From Tubiluchus corallicola (Eukaryota > Animalia > Priapulida), in NCBI GenBank assembly GCA_030141605.1, contig JAQGDQ010000140.1:1-64000 (forward strand): 64,000 nucleotides of DNA, given 5' to 3'. Shown in pieces: positions 1-12,800 of this stretch. The translations under genes were made by a program, and so were the position numbers. How positions within the stretch are numbered: position 1 is the first letter of the stretch; each line of letters opens with the position of its first letter. The notes beneath the pieces are model-generated. The model did not search any database and was not told the DNA's origin. It was given only the letters and a program-made list of their open reading frames with translations.

Positions 1-765
1 AAGTCAAAGATCATAAATATCTCCGCACACGACCTTGAAAACCTCCTGGCAATAAATGTGGCCTAAAGACTAAATCAAAACACTAGACCACAAGTGCTTT
101 GCAAAACAAAGATTTTAGCTTTTAGTGCATAATTATAGCCTACATCTCAAGTGCTGAGAACCTACAACAACATTTAGGCCTAGCCTTGGCAAAACTCTCA
201 AGAGCAAAAGCGTGTGACAATTTCCAAAACCCAGAGATAATCTACACTTGTTCTTGGGGTCGTGTTATTTCAATCAAACTTTTGTTATGTGACACAACTA
301 ATGATTTAGAATTTCAGATCGTGGATTAACACTGAAGTCTATAGCTTAATACTGAAGTCTGTGAGAACGGTAGTAGAACGAGGATAATAAAGTGATGCTG
401 AGGTCTGTGTTTCAGATTTGAAAAAGCCGCCAGCTTCAGGCTGTTTTTATTCAAACAGATGGTTGTAAAGAAGTAAGGTCAAGGTGGAAAATGTAGTATG
501 TAAATCACAGATTTACTTTAAGCACCAGAAAAAATGGCTATGTAGTCTATCAATATGCAATTAATTTTTACAGTAGTAGCAAACACAACTGAGATAACAA
601 TCATAAAGTAATCTGATATTGGTAAAATTGGAGAGGATTTCGATTTAATTCGCAAAAGAATGATTGTTTTATTGAATTTTATTGAATGTTAAGTAAACAA
701 AATGTATCAACAAAAATGTGTTGAAAGCCGTTTTCTGAAAACGTATCACGAAAGAAATGACATAC

Positions 766-831
766 CCAATATGTAGCGTTGACCGCAAATGTTCAGTAGC
801 TAAGAGTAAGTTTTCAAAATTGAATGGCAGT
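766..831 (-). CDS. Exon, finger 18 His half
   Basis: ttgcag|[21 protein letters not shown](G)|gtatgt, 66 nt. Confidence 0.9.
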
Positions 832-3800
832 CTGCAACAGTGAAAAAAGTTTAACAAAAAAAACATTCAAATTTTTGCTTAAAACACATGTCATTTTAGT
901 AGAAATTCACATGAACTAAAGCTGTGAGTGTGATGCAACCTGAAATCACAAGGTTCTGGGTTCAAGTCCTGGTTGCCCTAATGTTTTTCAACACTGTCTT
1001 CAAATAATTAGCATTAGGTTAGTTGTTCTTTGTATAATGTCTTCCTTAACATTTGACTGTTTCCTTTTTTTGTTTTTTCAGTATTTATGTCAGATATTTT
1101 ATTTGCCTTTCGCATTATGCAAAAGTGTAAAAAATCTGCAAAAAGAGAGTCAAATTTCAAACAGAAATTCAAATATTTAAATAATTCAACTTTTTCTTTA
1201 CAAAAAATGGTAAATTAGTGAAATAAAGAACGAAGCACAAAAATAATTTACTTATTGGAAAAACCAAGTATAAAAAGTAATATTAAAACTAAGTGAAATC
1301 AGTAAGTGTGCTTGCAAACCAAAACCATCCAGAAGTCGGCATAGTTAAAACTGCATTATGATGCTTCAAAGTAGAATGGAGTAAAGTTGAGTCAATATTT
1401 TCTTTTTTATAAAAACAAATGCTAAATATACTGAATATTCATATTCTAGCACCTAATCACCAGGAAATGTTCAAAAATCACTAAAAATTAAATTTTATAC
1501 CCTCTACCCACTTCTCTGGCTAAAAACTGCAATTGTGAAAAACTTGGTATTTTCAAACTCCAATAGTAGTTCGTGGAAGCAGTCATTTTGCTTGCAGTTT
1601 TTTCTGTTGCCAAGCACAGATCTTCGTCTGGAAGAGCCATCTACTGGAGTTGAATGTGTTCTTGCAAAGTCCATAGCAACCACCCACTCGTATGGTGGCT
1701 AAGTGTTTTGCAGAAACGCGACAAAAAACAATAGCTAGCTAGCAATTTTCTCAAGATTATATTTTCCAGTGTGCATCGTTTTTTAAGATGATGATTTTTG
1801 ACGAATAGCTTCCACCTCAACTTCAATGCGGATTATCTCAACTTAGCATATAACACGGAGCTATGAGGTTGGCATCAAAATGATGAAATGGAATTTCAGG
1901 GAACGAGAACAACTAAAGTTTAACTACCTTCCGGACATTTTTTGCTGTGCAAGCACACATATTAAGAAATGATAGAGAATAAGCGTGTATACGTACTGGC
2001 AGACCGAACACGAATACGTATGAGGGGTTTTATCCATGTTCATTATCAAATGATTGTCTTCAAAGGCAGAATGAACCAGCTAAAAATAAAGTAACGTAAA
2101 ATTTCTCACTTTCATGGTGTGTCATATATACATTTGTATCACTTGAACTTGATTAAATTACTTTGAATAGTTTCATAATGTAAATGAATTTGAATTAATC
2201 GTTGTTAGATTTAGTCGAAAAACTCTTACGATAAATTTGATGAAATTCACTTTAGCACAGATATGTAAAACTTAATGTAATAGTATTGACAGTGTAAACA
2301 AATTTAAATTCTATTGTTACAATCCTATGAATACAATGAATCAAAATAAATTCTGTTCAAGTTCAAATTTCAGTGCCAGAATACCAAAAAATATTACATT
2401 AATTACCTAATTAAACTCAAGTTCAATCCTACAAAAGTCTAATACAGTTTTCCCTCACTTATCGCGGGTTTTCCGTTCCAGGCCCACCCCTGGATTCCCG
2501 CGAAGTAGGGACGCTATACTTAATTTAGTAGTTATGCTTTATTTTGAGTCTTTATAAACCCTCCCCACACTCTTATGTACATAACGCTTTCCCATTCCTT
2601 TAATAACTTTTCCCATTCTGTACATGTGCCTTTTAAAAAACTTTACTTAGATGTTCATAAAAATGTTTTAAACTTTTAAACCTAGATAGGTGTACGTACA
2701 ATCTCATGTCGGCAAGTAGCATCTCAAGCGGGCGCATGTACTACATTTCGTTTTTGGTGTGTATTCATCCGCCGAATAAACACACTATTTACTGTAAATG
2801 GTAATTTTTATGATTTATAATATTCTTTTAATGTTAGAAATAATATTTTTGATATATTTTTATACATTTTGCATTTTTATGTATAACTGTACATTACTGT
2901 ACAATACGTGCTATGCATGTGCAAAAATACTTTAGACGGAGTACTGCAAAAACCCGCGAAACAGCGAGTCTGCGATAAACGGTCCGCGAAGTAGCGAGGG
3001 AACCCTGTAAAATAAGTAAAACATGCCAATGTCTTTAGCATGTTTTCTAAAACTAGCCTATTAAATCTTATGTTTCTCACAAAGCATAGTTAGAAAATCA
3101 TAGCACTTTTTGTGCAATTGAAGTTTAGCATAAGTGCTGATAATCATCATGGCAACACTGAAAGAGCTATTTTTAAACCAACTGCTTGTTTATACTTTTA
3201 CATGCAGTTGTTTTTACGAAGAATATATTTACCTTGTAAAATATCTCAAGTGACAAACGTAACATAAACGGTTGACGTAAGTCTTCACAAATTTTAATGG
3301 AAATGAGTTACGATTGGCGATAATACCAGTATTATACATATATTATATAGTAAATGATACAATTACTCTTAAATTTATAAAAATAGTACATTATAATTAC
3401 CCTTACCTATATAATATTGATATTATAGTAAGCCTTATCTGTATAAAACTATGTTATAATTATGCATAATTGTGCAAAACTAATATATGGTTACTTTAAT
3501 TAATGTTAAATCAATGCTATTACAATCCTTATAAATATAAAACTAATATTATATTTATTTTACCTGTATGTCTTCAGGTATAAGATTTGCATCTTTCGCA
3601 TCTTCTTGTAAAATAGTCATTCTAAACAAACGTGAAAGTAAAAATACTAACATAAGAAATCGTATTTACAATAAACTACGAACTATGAATTTTGTTTCAC
3701 ACATCAAAAAATACAATATCAAACACATTAATAAACTTTAAATAAAATAATTTGAGTAGTGCGAGGTGAGTGTACGGCCATACGGTCATTAACACACTCA

Positions 3801-6800
3801 CCTTACTTAAATGAAAAAATGATTATAGTTATGCATGCTTCTGTAGATAACTTAATGTAAATAAGGATGAAGTAAATGATGTAATAATAGCAATGGTATA
3901 AGTGCAATAAACCTAAAAGTTGAGAAAGGAAAACATAATATGTAATTACGACTTTGAGTGAGCCTTAAAGAGTGAAATTTTTTTTAAATAGTTACGAATT
4001 TGAATTATGTGATTATCTGTCAATGCACCAGTTACTTATATTACAATGCACCATATTACTTACTTGTATATACAATGATACACACATACACACAAATGTA
4101 CCCAAATTTTAATAAACTGTTAATGTTTTGCATATCTATTCGGTAAAGGACATTTGGGGTGTCGTGAATACAGTACTTGTGAGTATATGTTAAATGAATT
4201 TTGAATGTACAGGAGCGATTTTTTTACAAAAAATCTCCAGAAAAGTAAACAGAGAGCGTTTAAGATAGTTTTCATCTGGAAAATTTATTTTCAATGGAAT
4301 GTTTTTGAATTGTTTCTAACAAATCTGTGAGGTAACAAGAATGTTCAACGTGGATTTCCCACATGTTTAACACATTCAAATTTGTAACCAAAGTTTAATC
4401 TATTACCACATATTTTAACCATGAAAAACACAGAATGCTTCATGAAGAACATAAATAAATGGTAAACAAAACAAGCAAATGAAAGGCTGGCAAAACGCAT
4501 AAAAATAATACGACATCCAATTACAGTCCTGTCTGTTAATTACTGTTATAATTGAGAAAAGGAACAATTGTGTTTTAGGTAAAACCTCACTAATTTTTCA
4601 AATGTTCTTCTATTTACCGTTTGCACTCCTACATATTGAATTACAAAGTTCTGCAGCACTTTTCTACATCGTCAGGCAGTTTTTTTCATAGCAGACATTG
4701 ATACTTGATTAATAGCAACTGATTTTTTTACTTTTGAAATACTTTTGAAATCAATTCCCAGTAAAACATGTTTTTTCTGTCCCACGCCACACGTTCAGAA
4801 GTTTTATTAAATCCAATGACATTGTCTTTTAAGGCCCACCACAAGCTGACACACCAACGCCCATTTGTTTCTGCTAAAGCCGTACTTAATAGATGATTTA
4901 AAGGTTTTTTCCGCAAGATTCAAAAATCGATTAACAACTCAAAAATCAATTAACAACTCAAAAATTGATTAACAACTCAAAAATCGATTATTACCAAACC
5001 GAAAAGCCATTCCTTGTACTGCAGTTCATACCTCTCCATGCAGCTTTACTAAAATGAATTACAATCCTAGATACTAGAATAATAGCCAAACATATAAATT
5101 CTTTAATAATTACTGACAAAATTATTTATACGATAATAACAGGGATAGACATACCTGATGTGTATCGGTGAGCGAAAGTGTTCAGCCGTCGAATACAGAT
5201 TGGCAAAATTAAATGTAAGCCTGTGAAAATAGAATTATTGTATAAGATTATATAATATGTTTTTTTATATAATCAGTCTATTCTCTTCTCTATAGATGCC
5301 ACCTGGTTATAGCTATAGTAAAACTTCTACACTGCCGTTTAATAGACTCAGTTTGAGAAAAAAGTGTTTTGACCCAATTAACTAATTGAATCTATTACCT
5401 GATGGATGTGGCATTACTATTATAGAAGTATGGAGGATGAAGTCTTCACTCATCAATTTAGTATGTTTTTTTATATATTTTATTGGGTAACCGCAATTAC
5501 AAATTACACAATACACACACTTATTATAAAGATATAATTACACACATATACAGCGCTACAAAAAACCTATACCACGTTATCAAGAACACAATTACACAAG
5601 TCAAACTCAACAATTTAAACCAAAGACACAACATCAAACCTTGATGTATAAACCCAATGGTACAACATGAATATACATAAACACAAATTTAAGATAGTTG
5701 CATTACACATGTAGTATTTAGTTCACATAAGTGATGTTAGTTACATATTTAGTTCGTATTTTTTCAATTTATAATAAGTACATTCTGGAACTGAAACATT
5801 TTAAAGCAAAATTACACGCACTTTGGAGAATTTCTGAAACATTCGAGCCTAATAGTAATTTTAATTTGTCATCATCTAATAAGTTGGTAAAGTTTGGATA
5901 GTATGCACTGCAAAGGCTGTGAGAGCTTTAAATGTCAGCTATACCTACGGTCTATTTTTCAAAATTTACTCTGTTTTCTTAGTTGTTCTATGATGTTTAC
6001 GTTTGTAAAGCTGCAAAAGATTACTGCTGTTGCATCAGCTGCATGGCAGCAACAGTTAACTGATTTAACATTTTTGTGAAAAGCAGTCAGAGCTTCAAAA
6101 ACAAACCGATAGACGTGCGATTAAAAGTTTAGCTTCCATAAATTCTCGGGTAACAAGGTTAACAATACCATATTAGCCCATACTGTAGTGCACATAAAAC
6201 GGCATCAAGTAAAGATGACATAAAAGCAGCAAAAGCTCTTTGATCTCCCGAAGTATCTTATTTTAAGTACCTCAAGCAAAAACATTGAGTCAATTACGCA
6301 GAGTTCTTTGACTCAGTTGCCAGCAGCTTTTATATTAATTTGAATACCAGCAGCCCATACAAACTAGTACTACGGCCAAATCACGTTGAAAACACCGGTT
6401 CTCGTCTGATCACCAAAGTTAAGCAACGTAGAGCCTGTTAGTGCTTGGATGGGTGACCGCCTAGGAATACCAGGTGCTGTAGGTTTGCGGGATGCCCACA
6501 CTGTATCTCAACACTAGGCAAAGGAGCTGTACAAGCAGCCAACGGCTAGAGGGCGGAGGAGGTCAAGTAACCCAACGGCCATGTGTAGAGGAGTAAACCT
6601 TCCAAATCAGGAGTGGAGCCCCGAAGGTGGACCAGTGCAGTATGCTCACTGACTCCGGCAGCTTCTGCAGACAACCTGGTGCCAAACGTATCGCTCCGCT
6701 TTCCTTTGGACTACACCAGGGAGGAAGAGAGGGGGTTTCTGTTGTCTGGGCAACTCAGGAGCTCCATACACCTTGCCCAGGCGTGCGCCCTGGAGACGTT

Positions 6801-9800
6801 CAAGGATCGGACTCTCTTGGCGCACATTCCATTGTCTTCCGAGACAGAAGGATGCCAACAACAACAACAATACAAACTAGTCGAGTGATTGTATTAACCG
6901 TGAGTCTGATAAATGCCGTCCACTATATATTATTTATCATAGTAAAGTGTTTACAGGACTACTGTCACCATCTATCAGAAATACTGTCTTCTACTTTTAC
7001 AGCAAACAGTTTACATTGGTGACAAAGTAAAATTTTTTGCTGAACTTCAAACATAAATGAATAATAAATGCAAATAAGATTGGGTAGTGATTGTGAACAT
7101 TCAAGTTAAGCTCTTGTAAATGTAAAAAAAATAGCTATGTAATGGAGACAATGTACAAAAAAACTGCATGTTATTCATTGTTCAGTATTTACATGTATTT
7201 CAGTGGTTTGAGAGCGAGCATTAGCAGGCTAATATCTTCTTTAGAAAGCTGTTTTTGGACAAGCTGTTAAAAATTCTCTAAAACAATAAGAAAAGCTCTA
7301 TTAGTATAAACATTTCATTTTCCACACAAAGCTAATGATGAATTCTATCTCCACTTTAAAGCACAAGTCACAAATGCGTGTCGTCTCAAAAGTTAATTCA
7401 CAAAATATCATATTTTCAATTATACTAATTCTTTTAAACCATAATTTACCATTAAACCCAATTCTGCAGACTCAGAACTGTCACTGCTGCTGTTTCCACA
7501 TGCAATTCAGATGGACAAGAGAAAATCATGTAGATAGAATTATAAATAAAAGGATAAAAATACATTAACTTCCTTTCTTCTACAGATAAGTGCAATGTTA
7601 GTGTCATTAGATGCATTAATTACATTAATTAACATGAACAGCATTCAAATTTACGTTAATCGGATGCAAAAATTAATTTCAATTGCAGCCCATGAACAGA
7701 AGCAAGAACAACGTTAACTAACTATAATTACTTACCGACAGAGGGCACATTGGTACGTGTGCGGCACATTGTCTGTCTTAATGATCAAATTATTGTCTTT
7801 GTAAGCACGTTGTAACAACTGCAAATAAAATAAAATACTAAACTAGAAAAACTGAAAATTTTTTGCAAGTCCACGTGAACTTGAACCCAAGACCTTCTGC
7901 TTTCTGGGCAGCTACGTTAACTAGCACAGCTCACAAGCATTCTGACTTTTCAGACTCAGAAACCTACTCTAAAAGCTATTAGAGGTCTACCGTTGCAATC
8001 TCAGTCCACACTGCATCAAGACAGTAATTAATTAATTACTTAAGATAAGTGCAAGAATGCAGGCCCTAAATTAGAAAGTCTGACAAATTTTGCACCTCTC
8101 CTGGGACTCGAACGTTTTGCTTTCGAAGCAGGTACGCTAACCGTTACACCACAGAGAGGTATGCTGACTTTTCGGACTCAGAAATTTACACTATAGAGCT
8201 AGATGCTGTAAACTATTGACAGAGACTCACAGTCAAAAACCCTGTCACAAAAAAGCATGTTGTTTCAGAAAACGGATATATTACCGAGTAAGAGTGGTAA
8301 CATAATTCTTTTGTACATCTATGAAAAATGTTTTTTTATATTTATTTCATTTAGTGTTTTGTCATGACAACCATTCAGTCATGACATCCATCTTTTCGCT
8401 GCTTTAACAAATTTTCGTAGAGGAATTTTTTTAAAGTTTTTCTACGAAAGTTACATCCTCTCCATGTCTTCTCTGTATTAATATCCTTCATAATTTTTCG
8501 ATTTGGTCAATTTAATTACTAACAAAGTAATAAAAATACAGATCAAACTAACAATTTTAGACTGATAATGCAAAACATATAGTTTTGTTTAAAATTGTAC
8601 AGCTGTATGAGTTACTATTTAAGCTTCACAGTAATGAATAAACACTAATAGTGTTAAATTTATTTTGTTTTGTCAATTAAAGGGCTACTACATAGCTTCA
8701 ACGGCATTGAAGTTTCCTAACACATTATTATGATTACACAAAGAATTCATAGTCATTATTAAACAAAAGACTCTTATAAATTAAATAATTAACCTTTTTC
8801 TGGTGAATTTCAAACACGGGAATTGCCGTAAAGATCGCCATGTTTCGTATGAATGACGTATGAGGTACAGAAAGTGTCTTTGGTTACCAATGTTTGTTTA
8901 CCGACCTCATGACTGCACTCATAATGTTTTTCGCCTTGCGCAACAAAAAATGGTGGTTCTTCAAATTTAATACCGCTAACAACGAAGTGATGAAAATCAA
9001 AAGAAACAAGTTCTGCAGCAAGTTTATAATAAAATAAATTGAATATTTGTAATGAGAGTAGGATTTTAAGTTGTGGAAGCTTATATTATAGTGACGGTTT
9101 AGTTTGACTTTAAGTCCATAACAATATACAAACAAACAGTTTTGAATGTATTTAGTTTACCTGGATGTCCTCCGGTACTAAATCTTCCCCCAGCATGTTC
9201 TGGTGCAACACCTGGAGTCTAAACAAAAACAAAACAAACACTCAACTAATTATCGCATTTCTGATTAGGTATGATATCTGAAGTGTTTAATGGATTTTCA
9301 ACATAATTTTGTAATTATATGTATTATTTAAGCTATGCTCAAGTTACAATCAAATCATAGTTGTCTGATGGTAAACATACAACCTGTACAGAGTTCAGAC
9401 CCTGATAAGTTCCAACTTTTTTCACTAATTAAATGCTGAACTGATAAAAGGCTGAAATTAACTGTGCTAATAATTCATGTACTTACTTGTGTACTTATGT
9501 TATGCAGTCTAGTAAAAAAATCAGCAACAATTTTTGCAAATACGAGCAAAGCCACAAAACTTGACGAATGTCGTGTAAAAAGACGATGGTCCTGGAGGGA
9601 AGTTTTATACCTCTTTCGAGAGAGGGGGACCGGGCTACAAGGCAAGAGGACCTTTTTCTTTCTAAACACGTCCGACAGACTGAGTGAAAGCGCATAATGA
9701 CGCATACCTGACACATAGTCACGTCATCGATTACACTCTGCCTACAACCTTTACTCAGTACGTATGTAAATATCCTATATTTAATAGTTTAAGTAAAATA

Positions 9801-12800
9801 CGGCTGAGTCATATTGAAGGCTTTAAAAACGGTACATGCTGTTGCCCTGCCCGGTGCGTGGTATTTAGATTAAAAGCGGGGTAACAATAGTCTCTGTCGG
9901 CCTAAAAGTTTTTGAGACTACGTTAATCCAAAAACCGACTTTAAATAAAGGTTATTATTATTATGATGATGATGATGATCATTATTACTATTACTATTGT
10001 CGTCATTGTCATCGTCAGTGGCGGTGACGGCGTCATTGTTGTCGTCATCATTATCAGGTGCTAGTTAATTGTATAAGTAATGAGAATAATTACTGGTCAC
10101 TTTTTATCCAAGCGGTTATGTATAGTAAAGTAGACTCTACGGGCCTCGGTGGAAATCTGAGTTCTACTTCTACTGAATGCTATTGTAGTTTGCTGAGGTA
10201 AACATTTTGTAAGCTGACACAAAGCACCTGGCATAGTAACAATAACAGAATAACTTCAATCTGTTACAGTTAAGAGTCTTCTCAATTAAAACATTCCAAA
10301 GCCGTTACTAAAAGTTTTCTATCATGTCTGTCACAAAACTATTACTTTATTGAACTGCCTACGGAATTTAGACGTGTCACAGACCACGACATTATAACGA
10401 GGTCTAGTCGTAGTAATAAAATTACTATAATCACTATAAAAGGTAAAGCTTTTTTATTACAAAAACACCAAACAACAATACAATATAGCAAAACACATTA
10501 TGTACACATTATGGTATACATAGTAACATTAATTTCATAATAAAGTCGACATGGCATGATATCTACATAAATTGTTGCTTGCATTATTGTCAGAAGCATT
10601 ACTTGTGTGACTATAATGCAATTAATGGTGCAGGTGTTAGGATGCAAAAAGGGAAGGTAAAAATGATGGAATGATTGTGGGCAGTGCAGGAGATGAGAAT
10701 TAGTAGGATTAGGTTAGTGAAATGATGAGAATGAGAATGAATATGAGATTGATATTAGGACATCGCAAAAATATATACACATTTATAAACTTATCCTATT
10801 GTCCCTACAGATAATAATAATAATGATTTATTACCAAAAAGCAAAAATGCTACATACCCAACATGTAGTGCGGAGATTAAATGTTCACCAGTAGCAAGTA
10901 AACTTTCAAAATCAAAAGGAAGCCTATAAAGAAAACGTAAAGAAACTAAGAAAACCAAACTATGAACTATGAATTTTGTTTCACACATCAAAAAATACAA
11001 TATCAAACACATTAATAAACTTTAAATAAAATAATTTGAGTAGTGCGAGGTGAGTGTATGACCATACGGTCATTAACACACTCACCTTACCTAAATAAAA
11101 AAATGATTATTATAGTTATGCATGCTTCTGTAGATAACTTAATGTAAATAAGGATGAAGTAAATGATGTAATAATTTGAGTAGTGAGAGGTGAGTGTACG
11201 ACCATGCGGTCATTAACACACTCACCTTAATTAAATGAAAAAAAATTATAGTTATGCATGCTTCTGTAGATAACTTAATGTAAATATGGATGCATTAAAT
11301 GCTGTAATAATAGCAATGGTATAAGAGCAATAAATATGAAAGTTAAGAAAGAAATTAATAATTACGATTTTGAGTGAGCCTAAAGAGTGAAAATTTTTTT
11401 TTAAATAGTTATGAATATGAGTTATGTGATTGTCTGTCAATACACTAATAAACAAATAATGCAAACTTCATTCTTAATGACAAGAACACAGACATTAATA
11501 AAAAACCCAAAATTAAAAAAGAGGAAAATGATGGTGGTTGAAACTACCACTGTTGTTCATCTCCAGGCAAAAAGGGGAAAAAGAATCATACAAAATTACT
11601 AATACTTTTTTGAGGGAAAGGTTTGTATTATTAAAAACTTAAATAAGTCACACCAGATCTCACGTTCTAGAGTGCCAGACTGTGGAAAAAGCTTTTTTTT
11701 GTCAAGTTTCATCTGAGTAGTTCATTATTGCTAGAATTCTCTTAATGTGGAATAATTGTAAAATTACGATTATATTTATTTAGTTTTTAATGAAAAAATC
11801 TCACAATTAAGAAACAAAGAAGAAATGCAGCATTGCAAAGTTGAAACTATCTCCTCAATTTATCTTCAGGTGATAATTATTAACACATGAAGATATCACA
11901 CTAAAAAGAATACAATAACATAAAAAACTCAGAAGCTCTGTTTTATTGTATCCTTTTTAGTGTGATATCTTAATGTGTTATTAACTACAAACTTCCCAAA
12001 AAACTAGTAGTAGCCATTTTATACGATTCTCTTTTCCTTTTCTCTTTCACCAGAAGATAAATTGCAGAGATACTTTCAACTTTGCAATGCTGCATTTCTT
12101 CTTCGTTTGTTAATTGTGAGATTAATTCATTAAAAACTAAATAAATATAATCCTAATTTTACAATTATTCAATACCAAGAGAATTCTGATAATAATAAAC
12201 TATTCGCATGAAACTTGACAAAAAGGAAACTTTCTACACAGACCGGCAATTCTACACTCTGAGATCTGGCGTGATTTATTTAATGTAGATAGTTGTAGTA
12301 CGACTGGCACCTATTTCAAGGCTAGCCCTCTAATATGACATAACGCACCAGCAAAGTATTTCAGGCTCAGTTCGAACTTTAGATGCCTTTTCTCAAATGA
12401 GGAAAACACTCAGGGACAGTTTCAGAAGAAACGAGAATTGAACCAGGCATAAACTCAAAAATCAAGCTAATTAATTAGCGATTTCTTTTGCAACAGTTAA
12501 GCAAGACGGCTTAGAAATACAAGATGGGTTGCTGTACTATTATAACTAACTTAAGATGTGACATACTCGCAACGAGCTAGGTAGTCTCTGGGGCTCAACA
12601 TCCAGAATTGTTATACAAATATACACTGCACCTAGTTCGAAACCAGACTCAGGCTTATATTTTCACACTTCGTTATTTATGTGAAGTCGGATGTTTTAGA
12701 AACGTTTGCAGATTCGTTGCATTATTAAGATAAAAGACTAGTTTTGATTACACAAACAGAACAGGGAGAACAATTTCACACTTTTACAAAAGCGCGACAA

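Noticed and set aside
920-980. tRNA genes (also ~20470, 23590, 25900, 57710)
   Set aside because: Only B-box-like remnants, no complete cloverleaf; degraded SINE heads
3233-3339. Minus-strand stretch MYNTG...[11 protein letters not shown] ending at a gtaaat donor
   Set aside because: No acceptor AG, Cys pair not in the conserved position, and exon 1997-2079 already fills the slot
6369-6485. Functional 5S rRNA gene (also ~60960-61077)
   Set aside because: Substitutions, no oligo-T terminator, fused to a shared body with tail and TSD: a SINE head
6613-6888. Similar ORFs MEPRR... here and at 60583-60831
   Set aside because: Similarity comes from the two SINE copies; non-ATG starts and divergent ends
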